This document shows, in pieces, positions 46,795-57,254 of a DNA stretch of 64,000 nucleotides; position 1 is the first letter of the stretch, and each line of letters begins with the position of its first letter. The DNA is from a bacterium (GTDB lineage: Bacteria > Patescibacteriota > JABMPQ01 > JBDRIV01). The DNA lies in the NCBI GenBank assembly GCA_043815505.1, contig JBDRIV010000002.1, forward strand, positions 502,943 to 566,942, written 5' to 3'. The translations under genes were made by a program, and so were the position numbers. The notes beneath the pieces are model-generated. The model was not told the DNA's origin, searched no databases, and worked only from the letters and a program-made list of their open reading frames with translations.

Positions 46795-47846
46795 AAGTTT
46801 TATTCATAGCCCGCACTTTTTCCGATGCACCTGGAGGTATGCAACAGGTGTCTCGTAACTTGCTTGAAAATTTACCGGTTGAAAAAATAAGTATTTTAAA
46901 TAAATCAGTTAGTCGTCTATCTTTAGTATGGTTTTTGCCATATTCTTTTTTTATGGGATTAATTTTTGGAGCTTCGGTGGATTTGATTTATTTAACAGAT
47001 GGTGTGATGGCGCCAGTGGGAAGACTACTGGGGAAAATTTATGGAAAACCGGTGGTGGCGACCATGCATGGTTTAGAATTAACTTACAATAACTGGTTCT
47101 ATAATTTATTTGTGAAAAGATCTTTTGCCAAGCTCACAAAAATAATTTGTGTTAGTAATTTTACCAAAAGCTTGTGTTTACAAAACGGCATAGCAGAAGA
47201 TAAATTAATAACTATTCCTTCTGGTTATTCAAAAATAAAATTGTACGAAAAAAATGAATGTCGTCAGAGATTAATTTCTGATAATATTGATTTAAAAGAT
47301 CACTTCACCTTAATAACAGTTGGTCGCTTGGTAAAACGCAAAGGTGTTTTATGGTTTCTGCAAAATGTTTTTCCTAAACTTGGGCCAGATATGAAATATT
47401 TAATTATTGGCGATGGTCCAGAACACGAAAGCATCCGCAAATTCATCTGGCAGGAAAAATTAAAAAATAGGGTTTATTTAATAAAAAATTGTAGTAATAC
47501 AAAAAGAGATATTTTATTGTCAGCCGCCGATCTATTTCTAATGCCAAATATTAAAGTAGCTGGTGACGTTGAGGGTTTTGGATTAGTAGCGCTAGAAGCC
47601 GCTTTAACTCTAAAACCAATTGTGGCATCAGCTGTTGACGGTTTAACATCAGCTGTCAGTGACCAAATGGGAATCTTGTGTCCAGAGAAAGACACCACCT
47701 GCTTTGTAAATAGTATTAATAAATTTCTAAACGAAGAATACTATGATCAGTTTGCTCGGTCAGCCTATAATTACGTTAAAACTACTTATACTTGGGAAAA
47801 AACTATCAATAACTATCTGAATTGTTTTAAGGAGGTAATTTTATGA
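46791..47846 (+). CDS. GT4 glycosyltransferase
   Basis: GGMQ, VGRLVKRKG, EGFGLVALEA. Confidence 0.9.
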   Translation: MKVLFIARTFSDAPGGMQQVSRNLLENLPVEKISILNKSVSRLSLVWFLPYSFFMGLIFGASVDLIYLTDGVMAPVGRLLGKIYGKPVVATMHGLELTYNNWFYNLFVKRSFAKLTKIICVSNFTKSLCLQNGIAEDKLITIPSGYSKIKLYEKNECRQRLISDNIDLKDHFTLITVGRLVKRKGVLWFLQNVFPKLGPDMKYLIIGDGPEHESIRKFIWQEKLKNRVYLIKNCSNTKRDILLSAADLFLMPNIKVAGDVEGFGLVALEAALTLKPIVASAVDGLTSAVSDQMGILCPEKDTTCFVNSINKFLNEEYYDQFARSAYNYVKTTYTWEKTINNYLNCFKEVIL

Positions 47847-48853
47847 AAATTGTATTTATCTATCCCTTTTTAGTTGATCCTTATGGTGGCGAAAGACATT
47901 TAGCAAAGCTCACCAGTACTTTGGCTGAAATGGGCCATAAAGTTTATGTTGTAACCTTGCGGACCGCTAAACCGGTCAATGACATGATGTCTAAAAAGGT
48001 GGTAATTAAATCTCTTGATTTAAAATTGTCTAAAAATTTGTTTCGCCGAACTTTCAAATCAACCACGGAGGCGAAGGCTTTAGCTAAAAGAGCAGCTCGT
48101 ATTAAAGCCAAATTTTATTGTGGTATGGGTTGGCAAACAACCATTGCTTTAAACAGTTTGAGTAAAGATTTTGGTATTAAAAAATCAAAATTAATTTATT
48201 ATTGTTTAGAACCGCCGCGCTTTCTGCATGATTTAAAAAAAGAACAGAATTCTTTGGTGCGTTTTGTTTCTCCCCTCCTGCGCAATAGAGATTACAAAAA
48301 TGTTAGAAATCTAAAAAATATTATTGCTAATAGTCAATGGACAAAAGATCAAATTAGAAATATTTACAATTTAGATGTCCCAGTTATTGTTCCTGGTATT
48401 GAAAAGAAAAGATTTGATAAATATGATAAAGAAAAGTTAAGGAAAGAACTTGATTTTCCCGAGCGTACTAAAGTTTATATTACCACCTCAAAACTTCATA
48501 AACGTAAAGGAATTGATAAGGCGATTTCATATTTTAGTAGAAACGCTAAAGGTTTAGAACATTTTTATATAATTGGTGATGGTCCAGAAAAGGCAAAATT
48601 AAAAAAATTGGCTAAGCATTCTCGCCTAGCAAATAATATTCATTTCTTAGGCCGACTAAAAGATCGACAAGTAGAAAAATATATTAAAGCTTCAGATATT
48701 TTCATTTTTACTGCCAAAAATGAACCTTATGGAATTGCTCCCCGCGAAGCGGTGTATGCTGGCCTTGAAGTAAAACCCAACAAGGTTTTGGGTCCAATTC
48801 TTTCGTGGGAAGGTTCCACTAAAAAGTTTGTAAAATATTTAGAGTCTTTATGA
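47843..48853 (+). CDS. GT4 glycosyltransferase with short C-terminus
   Basis: GGER, KLHKRKG, IGDGPE, EPYGIAPREA. Confidence 0.8.
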   Translation: MKIVFIYPFLVDPYGGERHLAKLTSTLAEMGHKVYVVTLRTAKPVNDMMSKKVVIKSLDLKLSKNLFRRTFKSTTEAKALAKRAARIKAKFYCGMGWQTTIALNSLSKDFGIKKSKLIYYCLEPPRFLHDLKKEQNSLVRFVSPLLRNRDYKNVRNLKNIIANSQWTKDQIRNIYNLDVPVIVPGIEKKRFDKYDKEKLRKELDFPERTKVYITTSKLHKRKGIDKAISYFSRNAKGLEHFYIIGDGPEKAKLKKLAKHSRLANNIHFLGRLKDRQVEKYIKASDIFIFTAKNEPYGIAPREAVYAGLEVKPNKVLGPILSWEGSTKKFVKYLESL

Positions 48854-49980
48854 AAATTGGTTACATTACAGAATCACTAAATGAACCGACTACTGGCATT
48901 GCTAGATATACGCTAGAGTTGCTTAAAGCTATGCAAGCAAATTCTGATAATGAATTTGTTTGTTTGAATTATAAAGAGTTGCCGGAATTAAAAAGTTTTG
49001 AACAACGAGTTATTCCCAATCCTTATAAGTGGCTTTTGAAAACGCATCTATATTACCCCCATATGATAAATAGTAAGAAGTTGTATGATTTAGACGTTAT
49101 TCACAATCCCGCGCAAATTCCGACCTATTTTACGCCTCCTAAGCCCTATGTAATTACCATTCACGATTTATCTCCCCTACTAACTCCAGAAGCTCATAAA
49201 TTTGGCAAACGTTTTATTTATAAAAAACTGTGGCCCAAAACTTTTGCCACTGCCAAAAAGATTATTGCAGTTTCTAAAACCACAGAGAAAACTTTGCACG
49301 AACTTTATCCTAAAACGAAAAACAAAACGGCAGTAGTTTATGAAGCTTTGCCGACTAAGCTGGCAAGTGCGGAACCAGATTCATCTCTAATGCAAAAGGT
49401 TACTTCTAAATATAATTTGCCCGAAAAATATATTTTATCAGTTGGTTCTCTGACTCCGCGGAAAAATTATGAGATGTTAATTCGTGCTTGTGCTAATTTG
49501 TGGCAACAAAATAAATTAGCAGATACCGAATTGATAATTGTTGGTCGCAAAGCTTGGCGCTATCAAAATATTTTTAAACTTATTAAAAGTTTAAATCTGG
49601 AGAAAAAAGTTAGAATTATTGAAACTGTTACTGATGAAGAACTACCAGTTTTTTATCAGCATTCCAGTTTGGCAGTTTTTCCTTCTCTTTTAGAAGGATT
49701 CGGTTTAATAGTCCTTGAAGCGATGAAATTTAGCGCACCAGTTATTGTCAGTAAAAATTCGTCTTTGTCTGAAGTTGCCGGCGACGCAGCCCTAAGTATT
49801 AATCCCTATTCTATTTCCGAATTAGAAGATGCTATTGTTCGCATTTTTGAAAATGAGACCTTACGCCATGATTTGATTGCTAAAGGTTTGACGCGAATTA
49901 ATGATTTCAGCTGGCAAAAAGCAGCCACTGAAACTATGGCAATTTATAAAAATGTCTATGAAAATTCTCCTAGTAAATGA
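48850..49980 (+). CDS. GT4 glycosyltransferase
   Basis: TGIARY, TIHDL, PRKN, FPSLLEGFGLIVLEAM. Confidence 0.92.
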   Translation: MKIGYITESLNEPTTGIARYTLELLKAMQANSDNEFVCLNYKELPELKSFEQRVIPNPYKWLLKTHLYYPHMINSKKLYDLDVIHNPAQIPTYFTPPKPYVITIHDLSPLLTPEAHKFGKRFIYKKLWPKTFATAKKIIAVSKTTEKTLHELYPKTKNKTAVVYEALPTKLASAEPDSSLMQKVTSKYNLPEKYILSVGSLTPRKNYEMLIRACANLWQQNKLADTELIIVGRKAWRYQNIFKLIKSLNLEKKVRIIETVTDEELPVFYQHSSLAVFPSLLEGFGLIVLEAMKFSAPVIVSKNSSLSEVAGDAALSINPYSISELEDAIVRIFENETLRHDLIAKGLTRINDFSWQKAATETMAIYKNVYENSPSK

Positions 49981-51166
49981 TCACGCTTCTGCTCATGGTG
50001 GAGCAGAAACCTATTTTTTTAATCTGGCTAAGTTATTAAAAGATAATGGTCATGAGGTTTTTGGTTTGTCTTTTTCTCCCTCACCGGCTCCAGAAAAAGC
50101 TTTTCCAAATTTAGAAATATTTACAGAAAAGAAAAATAAACTAGCCCGCGATTTAAGAGCTTTTTATTATCCAACCTTAACAAAATATTTTGGCAGTTTT
50201 TTAAACAGACATAATTTTGACGTTTTTCATTTTCAAAACATTAAAAAATATTCTCTTCCGTTGCTTAAAGTAAGGAAACATTTTCCTAATACAAAATTCA
50301 TACAAACAATTCATGATTCTTCATATATTTGTGAAACGGAATGGTTAGTTAAAGATATTGGAACTTTGTGTCCGGCTGGTATTGGAATTAAATGTTTGAA
50401 TAAAAAATGTAAATTGCGCCATCACACCTCTTCTCATTCCTGGTTACGATATAAATATAATGTTTTAGCACATAGTTATATTCGTCGTCGCGCTAAAAAC
50501 AAAATGGATTCCTATATTGTTCCTTCACAGGAATTAAAGCACAAATTGGCTGAACATAGTTTTAAAAATCTCCATCATTTGACCAATTTTATTGATTTAG
50601 ATAATTCAGAAATTGCGCCTCTGCCAGATAAACCAAATATTTTATTTGTGGGCAGAATGGTGAAATCTAAGGGTCCGCAAATCTTATTAAAGGCAATAAA
50701 AACTTTAGCAGAAAATAATTCTGATTTTACAGCCACTTTTGTGGGTTCTGGTCCTATGGAAAAAGAATTACAAGATTATGCCAATAAAAATAACCTTGAT
50801 AATAAAGTTGAGTTTGTTGGAAAAGTTAAGCATTCTGAACTGAACAATTTCTATAAAAATTGTAGTATGGTTGTAATTCCCTCACTGGTTTCAGAAAATC
50901 AACCGCTGGTGGCTTTGGAAGCAATGAATTATGGCCGAGCTATAATTGGTAGTCGCTTGGGAGGATTGCCAGATATAATTTCTGAAAATGAAAACGGCAT
51001 GCTATTTTCTTCCGGTAACGCATTAGAATTATCTCAAAAACTTGCAAACATTTTACCAGCCAGAGAAAAACTTACCACTTGGGGTAAAATTTCTAAAAAT
51101 ATAGTACAAAAAAAGTACTCAACACATGAGCACTTAAAATCTCTGCTAGAATTTTACAAATCCTAA
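49958..51166 (+). CDS. GT4 glycosyltransferase with Cys-rich insert
   Basis: MKILLVN..GGAE, TIHDS..IC, VGRMVKSKG, ENQPLVALEAM. Confidence 0.9.
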   Translation: MKILLVNDHASAHGGAETYFFNLAKLLKDNGHEVFGLSFSPSPAPEKAFPNLEIFTEKKNKLARDLRAFYYPTLTKYFGSFLNRHNFDVFHFQNIKKYSLPLLKVRKHFPNTKFIQTIHDSSYICETEWLVKDIGTLCPAGIGIKCLNKKCKLRHHTSSHSWLRYKYNVLAHSYIRRRAKNKMDSYIVPSQELKHKLAEHSFKNLHHLTNFIDLDNSEIAPLPDKPNILFVGRMVKSKGPQILLKAIKTLAENNSDFTATFVGSGPMEKELQDYANKNNLDNKVEFVGKVKHSELNNFYKNCSMVVIPSLVSENQPLVALEAMNYGRAIIGSRLGGLPDIISENENGMLFSSGNALELSQKLANILPAREKLTTWGKISKNIVQKKYSTHEHLKSLLEFYKS

Positions 51167-51203
51167 ATTGCTAATCAATTAAGGTTAGCAAGACCCTATT
51201 TTT

Positions 51204-54170
51204 TTATTCCAAATTTGCGCCAATATTATCTAGCAAAACTTCACAATTTTTTTCATCTGAATTCCAGGTGATTTCAATATGAGAAAGTTTTTCGCTTGGA
51301 GCTGGCAGTTGCAAATAATATGGTTGCCAATCTTTGTTAATAGAAAATTCTCCGAGTGTATTTTTCTCTTCTTCTGATCTTGAAACACTGCCTGCAAGCA
51401 ATATATCATCGCTACAGCTCGTTTTAGCGTCAAAATAGACGTTTATCGGGTTATTTGCCACCTCATCCTGATAAACCGATATAATCGCATTTTTTCTAAT
51501 ACTACGGGTGGTTTCGTGTGTTATGGGGTCTGTATACATATCTTTGAATCCTGATCTCATTAGAAGTTTAGGAAAAGCACTGTTATAAGGTTCATCTTTT
51601 CCGACTCGGTAAGCTACATAACCATCTTGATTGTAAATTGTGTCAGCGCGAAATGATCTCTGTGATGTGTATTCGTGAAAATCTGAAACACCCATAAAAT
51701 TGTCAGCATCAATTACCACATAACCAATATTAAATTTTGCCAAACTTTCTTCTGCCCAATCATCATAGTAAGCACGGTCATAAATATTATACATTTCGTG
51801 AGCAACGTTCCAATTTATTTCCGAGCGAATAATTGGTTGAAAAGATGCAAAATCGGAGAGGGTTGAATATTTTCTACCTAGAAATATTTCATTTAGACTT
51901 TCAATATTTTTTATTATTATATCGTCTCTTTCAATAATATTTGCATCTAATTCTCTATTCTCTGTTGGTGTTTGCAGAATGTTTTGATTAGCAAAAGAAT
52001 TAATATTATTATAGACTTTTGGTATTTCTACTTCATCAACTTCTTGATAATTCATTTTTATTACTTCTATGTCTTTATTTTTCATAGTTGCACCTTGACT
52101 GTTCGTAATTTCAATTTTTAATGAATGTATTCCCGGTTCAATATTATTTATTAGAAATGATTTTCCTAATATGCCCTCAAAAATTGTATATTCTTCAATA
52201 ATTTCATCATCAAAAATGATTCGCAAAAGACTATTTTCAGAATTTTCTCCGCTATCAAAAACCATATTTATTTGAGTATTTATATTATCGTCTTTGGTAT
52301 TTTCAATTATCCAATTCTCTTCACTTGATACAAATTTAGTAACTCTTACCAATTGCTTTAAATCATCATATCTTAACTTTTTCTTTTCAATAAAACCATT
52401 TTCATAAATTAATAAATTTGGTTGGTCTATATTTTTACTTATTTCTGTAGAAAAAGCCACCACCGATGCATCTCTATAAACTTCATCTAATTCCATTTCA
52501 TTTCTGAGAAATTCAATAGTTCTGTTAAATTCATATAATGAGAACTTTATTTTATCTCTTTCAATCGCTTTTCTATCAATGACAATGTATTTAATATTGT
52601 TTTTTTCAAAATAGTGATGAGCTGTGTTTTTATAATCATGTTCTAAATAACTAAATTGAGATTGTGGCAATTGGTATAGTAATTTATTTAGAATTGGATC
52701 GCTCTTTTCCTCTAAAAATGAATTTGGTTTTTGCCTAGCAAAATCCATTCCCCCAAAAACTTTTTTATTATGCAAAGAATTAAAGTATTTTGATTCTGTT
52801 GCGGCCACATAACTGGTTGAATCTGGTATATGAACAATGGCATAATCTTCGGTATCTTGTTGCATTTTTACATAAAATGGCGAGGGGACAGTAAAAGAAG
52901 TTCTGGGAACTGCCCAAAAATCTAAAATAAGCAAACCAGTAATGGCCACAAAAATAATCTTTTTTGTACTTTCCTTTTTAAATTTTAAACTAATTATTCC
53001 ATATCCAACTAACATAGAAAAAGCTAACATAGCAAAAGGAAACATTCTCGCTACTGATCTAATATTATCTACAAATGGTAAATACTCATATAATAAAATA
53101 TATGGCATGGGAATTATTGGTTTTACTAAACCATAAAAATGTAAAAATGGTCCTAGGGAAAGAATAAAAAATACTGAAAATATAGAAAACCATAATTTCA
53201 TTTTTTTATCATGCCATTTTTTGGAAATTCCAAATATGGCAATTATTAAGGCTATAATTCCCAAATAAGTTGTATTCTCTCCCCTGCCTCCGGTAAATTT
53301 GTCCCGAACATTATCATCAAAATATTCTCCCCAAAATGGATTTAAACTTGGTGGAGTAATAACTCCTAAGGTATCAGCTGAATAATATATTGCTTCATTT
53401 AAATTTGGTTGTAAATAGTTATTATCTGAGTAGTTGATTTTTAAGTAAGGTTTGTATTTATATACTAATATTGAAACTCCAATAAGCAAAACAACTATTA
53501 CATATGTCCAAAACTTTTTGTTTTGTAATATTTTCTTATCTGTAATTATTTTCCAAATTAAAATTACTGCTGTTAATATTATTGTCCAATAAGCGAAATG
53601 TAATTCACTATTAACTATAAATAAGAAAGTTATTAAGATAGCGAGAGCATATTTAAACTTTAGGCTATTTAGAAATAAAAGAAGAAACAAAACATAAAAA
53701 GGTATAAATTCAATATGCGTTGCTCCCCCAAATCCCATTGCGTAAGCAAAATGAACTGGCGCAAATCCATAAACCAAACCCGCAATAAAAGATGCTAATT
53801 TCTTTTTAGATAAATAGTAAAATAGTAAATAGGCGCCAATGGCTGCTAAGGGAAAAGAAATTAACCAAATTACATTAAATGCCAAAGTAACATTACCAGT
53901 TAACGCTTTAATAAAATATGAATAGGTTGTTAAACTAAAATATCTATCAGGATTTGCAAAGTAGGTAAATTTTTCAAAACCTGTTTTAGATTCAATGCGT
54001 TTTTCCAAAACATTTGTTCTAGCCAAAACCGAATATGCATCATCCTCTCCGGGAATTTCTGTAGTTATTTTTGTGACTAATGGATAAGCCATTACTATTA
54101 TCAAAATACAGTAGATGGCTACTGCTATGAAAAATCCTTTATTTTTTAGAACTTTTTTTAAATCAATCAC
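51204..54170 (-). CDS. Large GT-C-like (YfhO-like) membrane glycosyltransferase
   Basis: ~11-13 TMs with EDD loop, YLG, LSLGP, R..AR; long extracellular C-terminus. Confidence 0.6.
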   Translation of the reverse strand: MIDLKKVLKNKGFFIAVAIYCILIIVMAYPLVTKITTEIPGEDDAYSVLARTNVLEKRIESKTGFEKFTYFANPDRYFSLTTYSYFIKALTGNVTLAFNVIWLISFPLAAIGAYLLFYYLSKKKLASFIAGLVYGFAPVHFAYAMGFGGATHIEFIPFYVLFLLLFLNSLKFKYALAILITFLFIVNSELHFAYWTIILTAVILIWKIITDKKILQNKKFWTYVIVVLLIGVSILVYKYKPYLKINYSDNNYLQPNLNEAIYYSADTLGVITPPSLNPFWGEYFDDNVRDKFTGGRGENTTYLGIIALIIAIFGISKKWHDKKMKLWFSIFSVFFILSLGPFLHFYGLVKPIIPMPYILLYEYLPFVDNIRSVARMFPFAMLAFSMLVGYGIISLKFKKESTKKIIFVAITGLLILDFWAVPRTSFTVPSPFYVKMQQDTEDYAIVHIPDSTSYVAATESKYFNSLHNKKVFGGMDFARQKPNSFLEEKSDPILNKLLYQLPQSQFSYLEHDYKNTAHHYFEKNNIKYIVIDRKAIERDKIKFSLYEFNRTIEFLRNEMELDEVYRDASVVAFSTEISKNIDQPNLLIYENGFIEKKKLRYDDLKQLVRVTKFVSSEENWIIENTKDDNINTQINMVFDSGENSENSLLRIIFDDEIIEEYTIFEGILGKSFLINNIEPGIHSLKIEITNSQGATMKNKDIEVIKMNYQEVDEVEIPKVYNNINSFANQNILQTPTENRELDANIIERDDIIIKNIESLNEIFLGRKYSTLSDFASFQPIIRSEINWNVAHEMYNIYDRAYYDDWAEESLAKFNIGYVVIDADNFMGVSDFHEYTSQRSFRADTIYNQDGYVAYRVGKDEPYNSAFPKLLMRSGFKDMYTDPITHETTRSIRKNAIISVYQDEVANNPINVYFDAKTSCSDDILLAGSVSRSEEEKNTLGEFSINKDWQPYYLQLPAPSEKLSHIEITWNSDEKNCEVLLDNIGANLE

Positions 54171-54179
54171 ATAATTATT

Positions 54180-54857
54180 TTACTTTTTACAATTACCCCA
54201 AAAATTTGGATATAAATATAATGGTAATTTACTTGCTAATTTGAGAAAGAAAACTCCGATTGATCCAAATCTATCTCTGACTTTATTTTTATTGTGTTTC
54301 GTAATAATATTATACTTTTCAATAATAACATTATTAAACTTTGCTTCTTTTAAAAGTTTTTTTAAGCTGAAATAATTTTGTAAAGAACAATGCCATTTTT
54401 TATACTTTGTAAAACTTTTTGTCGCAATTATTGACCATGGTACATTTATAAATTTATTTGGTGTTTGAAATATAAAAATACCACCTGGCTTTAAAATTCT
54501 ATAAACTTGGTCTGATATAAATCTATTTATATTTGGAATATGTTCAATAACATCAAACATTAATATTACATCAAAGGAATTGTCATCAAAAGGAATTTCA
54601 TTTCCTTTATAATGCATTAGTCTTTCACTAATACTATTATATTTTATTTTACCTTCGGATATTGTTTTTATATTCTTGTCTATTCCATAAATATCATTAT
54701 AGCCTTTTCTGTATAAATTATATAATAAACTTCCATATCGGCAACCAATATCAATTATTTTATTTTTATTATGAATGTTTAAAGATTCAATATATTTTAA
54801 GGAAGAATAAATATTACCATGTTCATTGCGAAATAAATTTTTACTTCCTTTTTCCAT
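54180..54857 (-). CDS. Class I SAM-dependent methyltransferase
   Basis: IIDIGCRYG, FDVIEH, ILKPGG..TPN; ATG 54857 downstream of TGtTATAAT. Confidence 0.85.
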   Translation of the reverse strand: MEKGSKNLFRNEHGNIYSSLKYIESLNIHNKNKIIDIGCRYGSLLYNLYRKGYNDIYGIDKNIKTISEGKIKYNSISERLMHYKGNEIPFDDNSFDVILMFDVIEHIPNINRFISDQVYRILKPGGIFIFQTPNKFINVPWSIIATKSFTKYKKWHCSLQNYFSLKKLLKEAKFNNVIIEKYNIITKHNKNKVRDRFGSIGVFFLKLASKLPLYLYPNFWGNCKK

Positions 54858-54968
54858 AGAAATTAAAACTTTAATTTTAAATAAGCCATAATAATGACTT
54901 CCTGTGCTTAAATTATAACAAAATATAACGATATAGACAATATTTCTTGATAGTTTATAATTAATCAT

Positions 54969-57254
54969 ATGACTTTAATGTCCTATTTATTTATGTGTTT
55001 TACAAACAACCATAAAATTATTAGTTTATGCAAGAGCTTAACAAATAAACTTAGCTGGGTTTTTATTTCAATTTTGATTATTCAGTTTGTTCTTGATTCT
55101 TTTAATCTTATTAGCTTGAAGCTAAATGAGGATCCAATTTTAATATTTCTAATTTTAATAGATCTTATAATTGTAAATAGATTAACTTCAAAGAAGGGTC
55201 TTCAACATAAGAAGTTTTGGTTTTGGATGTTAATTACTTTATTTATTTTTAATATAATTTGGTCATTTGGTCTGAGTGAATTTAAATCTTATAATATATA
55301 TAAATTTAATATCACATTAAACTATTTATTAATACTTATAGGCTTATCTTTTCTAAAAACGTCACATAAATATATACAGAATATTATAATATTTATAAAG
55401 AAAACTTCCACCAAGGTTGATACCGAACTACAAAATAATGATAAAAAATCCTCAACAAAATCAAAAGCTCTAACTATAGTTATCGTTTTACTATTACTTA
55501 GTTTATTCGTTTTTCTTAAGCTACCCTACATAAATAGCACCATAGATCACACCTCTCCTAACTATGATAAGTTTAAAACATATCTACCAGTTTTAATAAA
55601 TTCATATCAGGAAAACAATTTGTTTTCCAGTAATAACTATTTTTACAAAAATCTTGATTCTCCTAGAATTAAAATCCCAACACCTTATCAGGACTTTCCT
55701 TTCTACTCTTGGACCCTTTATCCATTTATGTTTTTAACAGAAACAATTTCCTTTCTTTTAATTGTTAAGGTTTTTTTAATTGTAATTGATGTATTAATTC
55801 TTTTTGGATTCTATCTAATCCTTCGTAAACTGTTTGCAACCAAGGTGGCATTTACTGGTTTACTACTTCTGGCAATAAACAGTTTTTTACATAATTATTT
55901 CTTTGTTACCGTAATGGATAAACCCGGACTCTTATTTTTTGTATATTCAGTTGTTTTATATCTTTACAAAAAAAATAATCTCTCTTATACACTCTCTGGT
56001 TTATCTATACTAAACAGAATATCGTTTGCACCAATAGTATTTGGCTTCTATGTTTTTGGCATTATGATAAAAAAAGATCGTATTTCAAACAAAACTGTAG
56101 AAGTTATTAAAATGTTTATTCTTTCTTTATTACCATATATATTATTTCAATCTTTTACTAAATATATACCTCAATATGAATCTCCATATAATTTTCTTAT
56201 TCTGATTGGCACTGTCCTTTTCTATATACTTATTTATTTCTTATTAAAAAATAAAACGATTGATGTTAAAATTATTAAAAATAAACTGTTCTTAATACCC
56301 GCATTTTTATTTGGTGTTTTAGTATCATATGTAATATGCAGTAAATTCAATCTGTTAAATAATAATTTTATAACAGATTTATCTATTCTTTTTAAACCTA
56401 ATATTTATTATCTGATAATAAGACAATTAGAGAACTTCTTTCCAATCTGGATCTGGTCAATAGTAATATTTGGAATAGTTCTTAGTTTCAATTCTCGTAA
56501 ATTTATTAAAACAATTCCTTTGTTTCTAATTGGATCATTATTATATTTAGTAATAGGTTCTAAGGCTATCTTTTTTCACAATTACTACAGACATATATTT
56601 GTAGTTGTTATTATATTACTCATTTGCACCTTTCTATCATATATTTCCCATATTTCAAAAAAAAGAATAATTAGTAATACAATATACATTATTCTTGTTT
56701 TATTTATATCTATAAGTACATTCACTATTTCTCATAATAGAGCTACCGATTTAGCTGAAGGCAATAACATATTAGATTATGAGTCATCAATTCAATTTAT
56801 AAAGGATAATATAAAAATAAATGAATACACTTTAACACCAAATTCTAGATTAAGAAACGGCTTAATATTATTATCTTTTAGATCACCTGCGAGTTTTTCT
56901 AAAAATATTATAGAAGAAATTAGTAATAATGGTTTTTGTCAAACCATGACAAAATATAATGTTAAATATTATATTTCTGATAATGAATCAGATTTTAGTG
57001 ATTTATTATATTTGTTTGAGTCATTTAATTATGATACCGTTTCTAGATCAGAACAAATTCTATACAGAATTAGCGATAGTGCGTTAAATAAATACCCTTC
57101 AAATAAACTTGTTGATGTTAGAAGTGATCTCAAATCTACAAGTAATGAAATTGATACAAGTTTTTTACTTGATACATATAATCCTTCTCAATATTACAGT
57201 CTAAATCATAGCCAAAATGAATTTTATTTCTACACTCTAAATAGTTGTAATTAG
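54969..57254 (+). CDS. Polytopic membrane protein, probable GT-C (ArnT/PMT-like)
   Basis: Many TMs, DFPFYSW loop, HNYY, soluble C-terminus with NVKYY motif. Confidence 0.55.
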   Translation: MTLMSYLFMCFTNNHKIISLCKSLTNKLSWVFISILIIQFVLDSFNLISLKLNEDPILIFLILIDLIIVNRLTSKKGLQHKKFWFWMLITLFIFNIIWSFGLSEFKSYNIYKFNITLNYLLILIGLSFLKTSHKYIQNIIIFIKKTSTKVDTELQNNDKKSSTKSKALTIVIVLLLLSLFVFLKLPYINSTIDHTSPNYDKFKTYLPVLINSYQENNLFSSNNYFYKNLDSPRIKIPTPYQDFPFYSWTLYPFMFLTETISFLLIVKVFLIVIDVLILFGFYLILRKLFATKVAFTGLLLLAINSFLHNYFFVTVMDKPGLLFFVYSVVLYLYKKNNLSYTLSGLSILNRISFAPIVFGFYVFGIMIKKDRISNKTVEVIKMFILSLLPYILFQSFTKYIPQYESPYNFLILIGTVLFYILIYFLLKNKTIDVKIIKNKLFLIPAFLFGVLVSYVICSKFNLLNNNFITDLSILFKPNIYYLIIRQLENFFPIWIWSIVIFGIVLSFNSRKFIKTIPLFLIGSLLYLVIGSKAIFFHNYYRHIFVVVIILLICTFLSYISHISKKRIISNTIYIILVLFISISTFTISHNRATDLAEGNNILDYESSIQFIKDNIKINEYTLTPNSRLRNGLILLSFRSPASFSKNIIEEISNNGFCQTMTKYNVKYYISDNESDFSDLLYLFESFNYDTVSRSEQILYRISDSALNKYPSNKLVDVRSDLKSTSNEIDTSFLLDTYNPSQYYSLNHSQNEFYFYTLNSCN

